A DNA stretch of 64,000 nt. Source: an uncultured Lachnospiraceae bacterium. GTDB lineage: Bacteria > Bacillota > Clostridia > Lachnospirales > Lachnospiraceae. Position 1 is the stretch's first letter. Each line of letters starts with the position of its first letter. The position numbers and the translations under genes were made by a program. The stretch lies in NCBI GenBank assembly GCA_910579395.1, contig CAJTUC010000019.1:3535-67534 (forward strand). Direction: 5' to 3'. Below are positions 26,205 to 34,669 of this stretch, piece by piece. The notes under the pieces were generated by a model. The model was not told the DNA's origin. It worked only from the letters and a program-made list of their open reading frames with translations, and ran no database searches.

Positions 26205-26500
26205 AAAAAACCGCCCTCTCATATTCTTTCAAAATATAAGAAGACGGCTATTGACCGTGTTACCACTTCTTTTCACTATGCCCTCGCGGACACAGCCTCA
26301 TCAGGTACCTCACGATACCCTGCCGCTATAACAGGCGGAACCTGTTGCACCCTCACCAATAGGCTCGGGCACACCGCTCAGAAGCCATCTTCGGTATGTT
26401 CCTTCTCCATCCCTCTCAGCAGTCGCAGCATTACGGGCACTCATGCGCAGCAGGATGTTCTCTGTAAAGAACTTGCATACTTACTCTCTTCATCATTGCC
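26205..26500 (-). promoter_or_regulatory. T-box riboswitch leader with AUG (Met) specifier, antiterminator and terminator
   Basis: Stem I base GAAG-AGAGTAA-GTATG ... CATAC-CGAAGATGG-CTTC, with ATG at 26386-26388. Antiterminator GAAG[TGGTAAC]ACGG-TCAATAG-CCGTCTTC. Competing 15-bp terminator CCGTCTTCTTATATT / AATATGAGAGGGCGG plus TTTTTT (26205-26247). Confidence 0.85.
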
Positions 26501-26720
26501 TTTTCTATATAGTGTTAGCCTATCATAAAGATTTTATGTTGTCAATTGGGAGCGGACGTTAATTCTTTTACAATTTTCTGCACTCCTATTTTTCCCGCAT
26601 AGATTTCTTTCTTCCGCACAAACTATATCTGTCCGGTAAAAAATTTCCGATGAAAACCATAAAAGCAGCCTGAAAGCTGCTTCTGAACTTGAATTTTAAA
26701 CAGAAATGGAGGATTTATTC

Positions 26721-27023
26721 ATGAAAGATATCGATAAAGACACCTTGAGCGAGGCTCTCGCAAGGAATACGCTGGATGACATCCCCCAGCCCAAAAGCGA
26801 TGCAAAAGAAATTGTCGGTCTGGTAAAAAGCAGCGGACGTATCAACGGATATCAATTATCCGACGGCTCCACCGTTTCCAAAGAAGAGGGTGTCGCCCTT
26901 GCAAAAGACGGGGAAATCAAAGGCGTCGGAATCGCTCACAGGAAAGATACGGAATATTTGAAATCGATTCCCGACGGTTCCGAAAATAACAATCTCGGAA
27001 ATCTCTCTTCTGTATCCGGCTAA
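26721..27023 (+). CDS. small DUF3892-like protein
   Basis: GGAGG lies 8 nt before the ATG at 26721. The C-terminal YLKSIPDGSENNNLGNL resembles the DUF3892 signature, recalled from memory. Confidence 0.55.
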   Translation: MKDIDKDTLSEALARNTLDDIPQPKSDAKEIVGLVKSSGRINGYQLSDGSTVSKEEGVALAKDGEIKGVGIAHRKDTEYLKSIPDGSENNNLGNLSSVSG

Positions 27024-27049
27024 TTTTCTATGAAAGTCTACTTATAAGG

Positions 27050-27100
27050 ACAAATAAAAGCAGTGAACGCGATAATTACTTCATTTCCCGTTCACTGCTT
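27050..27100 (-). terminator. 12-bp hairpin plus T-run
   Basis: AAGCAGTGAACG..CGTTCACTGCTT followed by TTTATTTG on the minus strand. There is no T-run on the plus strand. Confidence 0.55.
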
Positions 27101-27311
27101 ATGCTGGTTATCATGCACGCCTCTATTATGCCTTATTAAAATTCAATAATTCCTTGGAGAACAATATTTCTGCAAGAGTTCCATTTCCAGGCCTGTGTCT
27201 GATTTCTGTTTAAAGAAGTGATAGGATTCCATTGAGAAGCGATTGCCCTTTACCCTTTTGTACTGACGAAGCAGAAGGTCTCATATTCATGCTCATGAAA
27301 GTTTTTTTCAA

Positions 27312-28208
27312 TCATTGATTTTCATACAGATACAGCGTATGAGCCGCTTCATCATATCGGTACCGCAGCGTTTGTACTTTCAGCTCCTGAATCCGTTCCT
27401 GCGCATCCCCAATCTGTTTTTTTGTATCCTCTACCTGCCCCTTCGTATCACCCAGTTCTTTCTGCGTATCCTCAATCTGCTTTTTGGCATCATGAAGCTG
27501 CGTTATCATCTGCTGTATCTGGACATTCATGCTCTCGAATCGATTCGTGATATCAGATACATTCTGCTCGATAGAAGTTTTCAATGCACCCTGTATCTCC
27601 CCTATTTTTATTTTCAACTCGCTGTCCGTCGTTTCAAGAGCATCTATTTTGCTATAAATAGCCGAAATATCAGTGTCAACCTGTCCCATCTGTTTTTCAA
27701 TTTCACTGATTTGCTTCTGAATGACCGGAATTGTTTCGCTGTCCATTACCTTCACCAACTCATTCAGTTCATTCAGTGTATCTTGTGTATTCTGTATTTT
27801 CGTGAGGAAATTGGTGATACCACCCGCAATTTCTTCTACCTGCTCCCGCAGCAGAAGATTATCCTCCTGTACTGCAACGGTCGTTTCCAATGTTTCTTTG
27901 ATGCGGGACATGGACTCGGATAATTCTTCTATCTTTTCTCCAAAATATTCTATGTCCATCAGGTACTGCTGTTTTAACTCTTCCTCCACCGGATTTCCGG
28001 CAAGCATTGCTTCCGGCGTTTCCGTAAAGACCTCCGCTTTCATCTGTTCTCCTCCTGCATTCTTTTGCCAGAGCAGCATCAGGCACAAAATAATACTGGC
28101 TAATATCACTACACCGATTACATATAAAATTGCAAAATTCCCATTTTTTTCCGGATCATTTCTTCTCTCGCTGATATAATCCGACACTTTTGTCATAAAT
28201 TCTCTCAT
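27312..28208 (-). CDS. membrane-anchored coiled-coil protein, unknown function
   Basis: One N-terminal TM (FAILYVIGVVILASIILCLMLLW), then about 240 aa of heptad-like E/K/Q-rich sequence with internal repeats (DTQKELGDTKGQVEDTKKQIGDAQERIQ). Confidence 0.7.
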   Translation of the reverse strand: MREFMTKVSDYISERRNDPEKNGNFAILYVIGVVILASIILCLMLLWQKNAGGEQMKAEVFTETPEAMLAGNPVEEELKQQYLMDIEYFGEKIEELSESMSRIKETLETTVAVQEDNLLLREQVEEIAGGITNFLTKIQNTQDTLNELNELVKVMDSETIPVIQKQISEIEKQMGQVDTDISAIYSKIDALETTDSELKIKIGEIQGALKTSIEQNVSDITNRFESMNVQIQQMITQLHDAKKQIEDTQKELGDTKGQVEDTKKQIGDAQERIQELKVQTLRYRYDEAAHTLYLYENQ

Positions 28209-28378
28209 ACTTATAGACTCTCCTTCTTTATTCTGTTCATTTTTGTATCAAATCATTTGGAATCATGGCGAATCGCCGAATTACTTTGAGCTCAGATGTG
28301 AATGACTTCAAAAGATTGTAAATGTACGATATCAGAATTACTTTTCAAATGCAATATCGGAAATTTTCACAAACATTT

Positions 28379-28430
28379 CAAAAAAAGAGCCGGAAAAACA
28401 CCGCTATGCCCGATGTATTCCGGCTTTTTA
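28379..28430. terminator. bidirectional hairpin terminator downstream of map
   Basis: AGCCGGAA..TTCCGGCT flanked by an A-run (28380-28386) and a T-run (28426-28430). Confidence 0.6.
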
Positions 28431-28529
28431 TATGTCAAAAAGGTGGTTGCCTATCAATAATCTTTTTCTGTCAAAAAGTTTTCCTGCCAAAAAGTGTTTT
28501 ATCCGTCAAAAGTTTTTTCAAGATAAAAT

Positions 28530-29402
28530 CTACCATGTAAGAACCTCGTACCCATCCTCAGTAACTGCCACGGTCACTTCCCACTGGGCGGAAGGCTGCC
28601 CGTCCTCGGTATATACGGTCCAGCCATTATCGTCGTCGATGTAAATATCTGCCTTTCCCATGTTGACCATCGGCTCAATCGTAAATACCATGCCGGGCAC
28701 CATCAGCATTTCCGTTCCGCGGCTCGTAACATAGCTGACAAAAGGTTCCTCATGAAATTCCAACCCGACGCCGTGTCCGCCGACTTCCCGAACGATGGAA
28801 TAACCGTTCAACTTCGCATAGTCGTTGATGGCCTGCGCCATATCCCCCAGAAAATTCCAGGGTTTTACCTGTTCCAGACCGATATCTAGGCATTTGCGCG
28901 CCTTCTCCACCAATTCCTTTGTCTTTGGTGCAACATTTCCCAGCATGAACATTCTGGATGAATCGGAAAAATAGCCTTGGTAGATTGTGGAAACATCCAC
29001 ATTAACAATATCGCCATCTTTCAAAATATCTTTTTCGGAAGGGATTCCGTGGCAGACCTGGTCATTGAGCGAAGTGCAGACACTTTTGGGAAAACCTTCA
29101 TAGCCAAGAGTCGCCGGGATTCCGCCCATCTGCGCCGTCTTCTCGCAGACAAGGCGGTCAATTTCCTCGGTGGACATACCGATTCGAATATTCTCCGCTA
29201 CATAATCGAGCACCGCAATATTAATCTTGCTGCTCTCCCTGATTCCTTCTATCTGCTCTTTCGATTTAAGAATGTCATGACTCGGTACGATATGGCCTTC
29301 CAGCGCATACTTCTGTATTTTTTCATCGAAAGCCATATGGCAGCTTTTATATTTACACCCGCTGTTACACCAGCATGGGTCGTTTCTTCCCAATTTTTTC
29401 AT
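28530..29402 (-). CDS. map: type I methionyl aminopeptidase with an N-terminal SEC-C zinc-finger motif
   Basis: N-terminal GRNDPCWCNSGCKYKSCH. MetAP fold motifs (DIVNVDVS, HGVG, EPMV). Confidence 0.9.
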   Translation of the reverse strand: MKKLGRNDPCWCNSGCKYKSCHMAFDEKIQKYALEGHIVPSHDILKSKEQIEGIRESSKINIAVLDYVAENIRIGMSTEEIDRLVCEKTAQMGGIPATLGYEGFPKSVCTSLNDQVCHGIPSEKDILKDGDIVNVDVSTIYQGYFSDSSRMFMLGNVAPKTKELVEKARKCLDIGLEQVKPWNFLGDMAQAINDYAKLNGYSIVREVGGHGVGLEFHEEPFVSYVTSRGTEMLMVPGMVFTIEPMVNMGKADIYIDDDNGWTVYTEDGQPSAQWEVTVAVTEDGYEVLTW

Positions 29403-29438
29403 TTTATGTCATTCCTTACTGTATCAATTTATTCAACT

Positions 29439-30110
29439 TTATAGCATTTCTGTCTCCGTCGCAAAAATTTCCAGATACCGCGTAACATTCTCCCGGATAT
29501 CTCCATGAAAAACGGAGGAGCCGGCTACGATTACATTGGCGCCTGCATCAAGGACGACCGACACGTTGTCCGCCGTAATGCCGCCGTCTACCTGAATATC
29601 CAGATTGAGTCCCATTTCTTCCGCCATCTGCCGGGCACTGCCGATGCGCCCCGTTGAAGCCGGAATATATTTCTGGCCCCCGAATCCGGGTTCCACCGTC
29701 ATGACCAAAAGCATGTCCAATTTCGAAAGATATGGTCTGACCGCTTCGACCGGCGTCGCCGGCTTAATGGAAAGACCGGCCCTGCATCCGGCACGATGTA
29801 TTTTCTCGATCACGCCGTCTGCATCCTTTGTTGCTTCCAAATGAAAAGTAATACCATCCGCTCCGCATTTTGCAAATTCCTCAATATAGCGCTCAGGTTC
29901 CGCGATCATCAGATGCACATCAAAAAATTTACCTGTTACCTTTCTGATCGTCGAAATAACAGGCATCCCAAAAGAAATCGATGGCACGAACACACCATCC
30001 ATAACATCAATATGAATATATTCTGCGCCTGCTTCATCCGCCTCTGCAATCTGCTTTCCAAGAATGCTGAAATCTGCAGCAAGTATAGACGGCGATAAAA
30101 TTTTTTTCAA
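29439..30110 (-). CDS. rpe: ribulose-phosphate 3-epimerase
   Basis: SILAADF, HIDVMDG.FVP, VEPGFGGQ and QVDGG motifs. Confidence 0.95.
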   Translation of the reverse strand: MKKILSPSILAADFSILGKQIAEADEAGAEYIHIDVMDGVFVPSISFGMPVISTIRKVTGKFFDVHLMIAEPERYIEEFAKCGADGITFHLEATKDADGVIEKIHRAGCRAGLSIKPATPVEAVRPYLSKLDMLLVMTVEPGFGGQKYIPASTGRIGSARQMAEEMGLNLDIQVDGGITADNVSVVLDAGANVIVAGSSVFHGDIRENVTRYLEIFATETEML

Positions 30111-30144
30111 TAGCGTTCCTCCTCACGAATGTAAACACACTCAT

Positions 30145-30172
30145 GAAGAATGGCTCCTGGGAGCCATTCTTC
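30145..30172. repeat. solo GAAGAATGGCT..AGCCATTCTTC hairpin (P0-type variant)
   Basis: Perfect inverted repeat with no adjacent T-run, 22 nt downstream of the transketolase C-subunit stop. Confidence 0.75.
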
Positions 30173-30194
30173 CGTATAAAAATACTATCTAAAA

Positions 30195-31136
30195 TTATGA
30201 TACAAATTCTTTTACTTTCGCATAGATGCCTTTGCCGTCGAGACCGTATTTCTCTACCAACGCTGCAGCCGTACCGGATTCGCCAAATACGTCCTGCATA
30301 CCAATCTTCATAACACGGGTCGGCTGATTTTCGGACAGACAGTCACAGACAGCGCTTCCCAATCCACCGATTACACTGTGCTCTTCCGCGGTCACTACTT
30401 TTCCAGTCTTTTTCGCAGATGCAATGATCAGCTCTTTATCCAGCGGCTTGATCGTATGGATATTGATAACTTCTGCGCTGATGCCGTCTGCTGCGAGCAT
30501 CTCCGCCGCCTCCAGCGCAGATGCTACCGTAATGCCGCTTGCAACGATTGTCACGTCACTGCCTTCTTTGAGCAGAACGCCTTTTCCGATTTCAAATTTA
30601 TAATCGGGCCTGTCATTGATGACCGGAACTGCCGCACGGCCGAATCTTAAATACACAGGACCTTCTTTTTCAATTGCCGCTCTGACAGCCGCTCTCGCTT
30701 CCACATCATCCGCGGGAACGATGACTGTCATGCCCGGAATGGTCCGCATCAGCGCCACATCCTCGTTACACTGATGGGTCGCTCCGTCTTCACCGACCGT
30801 AATTCCCGCATGTGTTCCACCGATTTTGACATTCAAATGCGGATAACCGATGGAGTTACGAACCTGCTCAAAATTACGTCCCGCAGCAAACATGGCAAAG
30901 GAACTGATAAATGGTATTTTACCGCAGGTAGAAAGTCCCGCAGCAATGCCTGTCATATTACATTCCGCAATACCACAGTCAATATGGCGGTCAGGATATG
31001 CTTTCTTAAAAACGCCGGTCTTAGTCGCACCCGCAAGGTCTGCATCCAATACGACCAAATTCGGAAAATCCGCCCCGCATTCTACCAGCGCATTACCATA
31101 GCTTTCTCTTGTTGCTATTTTCTTTACTTCTGACAT
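30195..31136 (-). CDS. transketolase, C-terminal (pyrimidine-binding) subunit
   Basis: Split transketolase. 13-nt overlap with the N-terminal subunit gene. Confidence 0.9.
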   Translation of the reverse strand: MSEVKKIATRESYGNALVECGADFPNLVVLDADLAGATKTGVFKKAYPDRHIDCGIAECNMTGIAAGLSTCGKIPFISSFAMFAAGRNFEQVRNSIGYPHLNVKIGGTHAGITVGEDGATHQCNEDVALMRTIPGMTVIVPADDVEARAAVRAAIEKEGPVYLRFGRAAVPVINDRPDYKFEIGKGVLLKEGSDVTIVASGITVASALEAAEMLAADGISAEVINIHTIKPLDKELIIASAKKTGKVVTAEEHSVIGGLGSAVCDCLSENQPTRVMKIGMQDVFGESGTAAALVEKYGLDGKGIYAKVKEFVS

Positions 31137-31960
31137 AATGCTTCACCTACTTTCTCCAAATCTGCCATCGCAACCGCATACTCTTCATCGTTCGGCGCTT
31201 TTCCGTGCCAGCCCACATTACCTTCCATGAAGGAAACACCTTTTCCTTTCAGGGTCTTGCAAATAATCGCTGTCGGCATCCCTTTGGTATTTCTCGCTTC
31301 TTTAAATGCGGCTTCAAGCTGATCGAAATCATTTCCGTCGATATTGATCACATGGAAATTGAAAGCTTCAAACTTCTTATCAATCGGATAAGGAGAACAT
31401 ACATCATCAATCTTTCCATCAATCTGTAAGCCGTTATTATCTACAATGACTACCAGATTGTCCAGCTTTCTGTGACCTGCAAACATGGATGCTTCCCATA
31501 CCTGGCCTTCCTGAATTTCGCCGTCGCCGAGCAGCGTATATACTCTGTAATCTTTGTTATCCATTTTGCCAGCCAACGCCATGCCGACTGCTGCCGAAAT
31601 ACCCTGTCCGAGGGACCCCGATGACATATCGACGCCCGGTGTCTCCTGCATACAGGGATGGCCCTGTAAATAAGAACCGAGATGCCGCAGTGTGGGCAGG
31701 TCCTCTACCGGAAAATAACCGCGGTTCGCCAGTACGGAATACAGGCCGGGCGCCGTGTGTCCTTTGGATAATACAAAGCGGTCTCTGTTCTCCATCTTCG
31801 GATTCTTCGGGTCGATATTCATTTCCTCGAAGTACAGATATGTAAAAATATCCGCAGCAGACAGGGAGCCGCCGGGATGTCCGGCTTTTGCGCCATGTAC
31901 CGCTGTGACAATACCTTTACGAACTTCATTAGCTGTTTTCTGTAACTCTAACTTGTTCAT
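31124..31960 (-). CDS. transketolase, N-terminal (TPP-binding) subunit
   Basis: GHPGGSLS, SKGH and LGDGE..EG motifs. Confidence 0.9.
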   Translation of the reverse strand: MNKLELQKTANEVRKGIVTAVHGAKAGHPGGSLSAADIFTYLYFEEMNIDPKNPKMENRDRFVLSKGHTAPGLYSVLANRGYFPVEDLPTLRHLGSYLQGHPCMQETPGVDMSSGSLGQGISAAVGMALAGKMDNKDYRVYTLLGDGEIQEGQVWEASMFAGHRKLDNLVVIVDNNGLQIDGKIDDVCSPYPIDKKFEAFNFHVINIDGNDFDQLEAAFKEARNTKGMPTAIICKTLKGKGVSFMEGNVGWHGKAPNDEEYAVAMADLEKVGEALCQK

Positions 31961-32031
31961 TCTTATAACTATGCTCCTTTCTCAGTCTGCGATGTTTGTG
32001 TTGGACGTTGCAAACGTCAGCACAAACTCGC

Positions 32032-32058
32032 GGTTGAAAGAATGCAATTCTTTCAACC
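32032..32058 (-). repeat. perfect 12-bp-stem hairpin GGTTGAAAGAAT-TGC-ATTCTTTCAACC in the transketolase 5' leader; twin of 2010-2036
   Basis: Read on the minus strand. Preceded by GGAGGTAAGG as at 2002-2011. A TGGTATGAT extended -10 lies about 40 nt upstream. Confidence 0.8.
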
Positions 32059-32144
32059 TTACCTCCATACATTGATTTATTCTTTTATTCATCATACCAC
32101 AACAGAGCGTGGTTCTCTACTTAAAAATTGCTTTTCTCTTTTTC

Positions 32145-32843
32145 TTAATTGCCCTGTCCGTAATAAGCGTTCGCGCCGTGCTTTCTGTAATAGTGCTTAT
32201 CCTGCAGTTCCTGCGGCGCCGGCTGAATGCGGGGATTGATCGTCTCCGCCCTGTATGCCATCTTCGCCACTTCTTCCAGAACGACAGCATTGTGCACCGC
32301 ATCATGGGCATTTTTGCCCCAGGTAAAAGGACCGTGGTTCTTGCACAACACTGCCGGAACCGCCATAACATCCTTGCCCATCTTCTGAAATTCGCCTACG
32401 ATCAAAAGCCCAGTATTCTGCTCATAAGCCTCTGCGATTTCCTCTTCCGTCAGGCAGCGCAGGCAGGGTACTTCGCCATAAATATAATCCGCATGGGTCG
32501 TCCCGTAGCAGGGAATATCTCTTCCCGCCTGCGCCCAGCTCGTCGCATAGGAAGAATGCGTATGCACGATGCCGCCAATCTGCGGATAAGCCTTATACAG
32601 TTCCAGATGCGTCGGCGTATCTGAGGACGGATTATAGCGTCCTTCCACCTTATTTCCCTTCAAATCCATCAGCACCATATCATCCGGTGTCAGTTTATCA
32701 TAATCCACACCGGAGGGCTTGATTGCAAAAATGCCGGATTCCTCATCAATCTCACTGACATTTCCCCATGTAAAAGTAACAAGACCATACTTTGGCAGAA
32801 GCATATTCGCTTCGTATACGCGTTTCTTTAATTCTTCTAACAT
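32145..32843 (-). CDS. araD: L-ribulose-5-phosphate 4-epimerase
   Basis: Class II aldolase/epimerase motifs ([20 protein letters not shown]). Start at the ATG at 32843. Confidence 0.9.
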   Translation of the reverse strand: MLEELKKRVYEANMLLPKYGLVTFTWGNVSEIDEESGIFAIKPSGVDYDKLTPDDMVLMDLKGNKVEGRYNPSSDTPTHLELYKAYPQIGGIVHTHSSYATSWAQAGRDIPCYGTTHADYIYGEVPCLRCLTEEEIAEAYEQNTGLLIVGEFQKMGKDVMAVPAVLCKNHGPFTWGKNAHDAVHNAVVLEEVAKMAYRAETINPRIQPAPQELQDKHYYRKHGANAYYGQGN

Positions 32844-32900
32844 CGTCTCGGATTCCTTTCTTTTTCTGTATTCATAGCAGGACAACCCTGCCGCAATCTG

Positions 32901-34505
32901 TTACAGATTCTCTACCGCCGCGCGCTCAATCGCAAGTCCCTTCGCATAACGCTCCATGAATTTGTCGAAGCCCTCTACGTCCTCTTTGTGCGGCGCCTCC
33001 TTCGTTCCTTCCTGTCCCGCAAATACTTTTTTCTCAAGGAATGCGGAAAGTGTTTCACGCTCCTCCTTATGCAGCATATAGGAAGCTAACAGGGCCATGC
33101 CCCATGCACCGCCTTCGCCTGCCGTCTCCATAACGCTGACCGAAGCGTTGATTGCCGCCGCCATAATGCGCTGTCCAACGCCTTTGGTCTTGAACAGTCC
33201 GCCGTGTCCGAACATCTCATCCACCTGAACGCCTTCTTCTTTCAAAAGAATATCCAACCCTGTTTTCAGCGCACCGAGTGCGGTAAAAAGATGCACTCTC
33301 ATAAAGTTAGCAAGATTGAATTTATCGGACGGTGTACGCACGAACAGCGGCCGTCCTTCTTCAAATCCCGTGATATGCTCACCGGAGAAATAATTATAAG
33401 AAAGCAGTCCGCCGCAGTCCGCATCGCCTTCCAGCGCCTTGCGGTACAGCGTGCCGAACAGTTCGTTCATATCCACCTTAATGCCCATGTTCTCAGCAAA
33501 CTCTTTGAAAATACCGACCCATGCGTTCAAATCAGACGTACAGTTGTTGCAGTGTACCATTGCGACAAGACTTCCATCGGGAGTCGTCACAAGGTCGATA
33601 GCGTCATATACTTTCTGCAGTTCTTTCTCCAGAACGATCATCGCAAATACACTCGTTCCCGCAGATACATTGCCTGTTCTTCTCGCTACGGAATTCGTCG
33701 CTGCCATACCGGTTCCCGCATCGCCTTCGGGCGGACAGAGCGGAATGCCTGCCTGCAGTTTTCCGGTCGAATCTAACAAGGCCGCCCCTTCTGCCGTCAA
33801 TGTTCCCGCAGCCTCGCCTGCTGTCAGCACCTTCGGCATGATTTCCTGCAGTTTCCACGGGAATTTTTTATCGGCAACGAGTTCATCAAACTGTTCGATC
33901 ATCTTCGCGTTGAAATCGCCCGTTTCGATATCGATCGGGAACATACCGGAAGCTTCTCCGACACCGAGAACACGCTCACCGGTCAGTTTCCAATGTACAT
34001 AACCTGCCAGCGTTGTAAAAAAGCGGACTTGAGGAACATGCTCTTCCCCGTTCAGGACCGCCTGATAAAGATGGGCAATGCTCCACCTCTGCGGAATATG
34101 ATAGTTGAACACTTCCGTCAGTTTTTCGGATGCCTGTCCGGTAATGGTGTTACGCCATGTGCGGAAGGGTACGAGAAGCTCTCCCTTTTCATCGAACGCC
34201 ATATAACCGTGCATCATCGCACTGAAACCAATCGCGCCGATTTTCTGCAATTCCGTATCGTACTGTTTTTTCACATCCTCTGCAAGACTTTTGTAGCAAT
34301 CCTGCAGCCCGGTCCAGACATCATCCAGGCTATAGGTCCAGATGCCGTTCTCCAGCCTGTTCTCCCAGTCATGGGCACCGGATGCGACCGGCGTATTATC
34401 CTCGCCCACCAGAACCGCTTTGATCCTGGTAGAACCGAGTTCAATACCGAGCACTGTACGGCCTTCTTCAATCTGTTTCTTTACTTCTTCCGTTGTAAAC
34501 CCCAT
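32901..34505 (-). CDS. araB: FGGY-family carbohydrate kinase, probable ribulokinase
   Basis: N-terminal [15 protein letters not shown] and FGGY C-terminal domain. Located between araA and araD. AGGAGG lies 8 nt before the ATG at 34505. Confidence 0.8.
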   Translation of the reverse strand: MGFTTEEVKKQIEEGRTVLGIELGSTRIKAVLVGEDNTPVASGAHDWENRLENGIWTYSLDDVWTGLQDCYKSLAEDVKKQYDTELQKIGAIGFSAMMHGYMAFDEKGELLVPFRTWRNTITGQASEKLTEVFNYHIPQRWSIAHLYQAVLNGEEHVPQVRFFTTLAGYVHWKLTGERVLGVGEASGMFPIDIETGDFNAKMIEQFDELVADKKFPWKLQEIMPKVLTAGEAAGTLTAEGAALLDSTGKLQAGIPLCPPEGDAGTGMAATNSVARRTGNVSAGTSVFAMIVLEKELQKVYDAIDLVTTPDGSLVAMVHCNNCTSDLNAWVGIFKEFAENMGIKVDMNELFGTLYRKALEGDADCGGLLSYNYFSGEHITGFEEGRPLFVRTPSDKFNLANFMRVHLFTALGALKTGLDILLKEEGVQVDEMFGHGGLFKTKGVGQRIMAAAINASVSVMETAGEGGAWGMALLASYMLHKEERETLSAFLEKKVFAGQEGTKEAPHKEDVEGFDKFMERYAKGLAIERAAVENL

Positions 34506-34669
34506 TGTAACATCCTCCTTTTTATAAAACCATTTTTTCAAAAGTTTCCGTTGTACAGGATAAACAAAATCACCGCAGGGCACGCTTTCGCTGCCTGCTT
34601 ATGATTTGTCTATACCGTACAACTGATACTTTGAAACGAAATAAGACATTTCATAATTACCTGTTAAAC

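Noticed and set aside
27222-27308. A 28-aa minus-strand ORF (MSMNMRPSASSVQKGKGQSLLNGILSLL) right after the coiled-coil gene
   Set aside because: There is no Shine-Dalgarno sequence (the upstream is AAAAAACTTTC), and the composition is hydrophilic and non-descript with nothing to support coding.
28432-28644. A 70-aa plus-strand ORF starting in the map 3' region
   Set aside because: It is built from the A/T-rich direct repeats and then runs antisense into map. There is no RBS.
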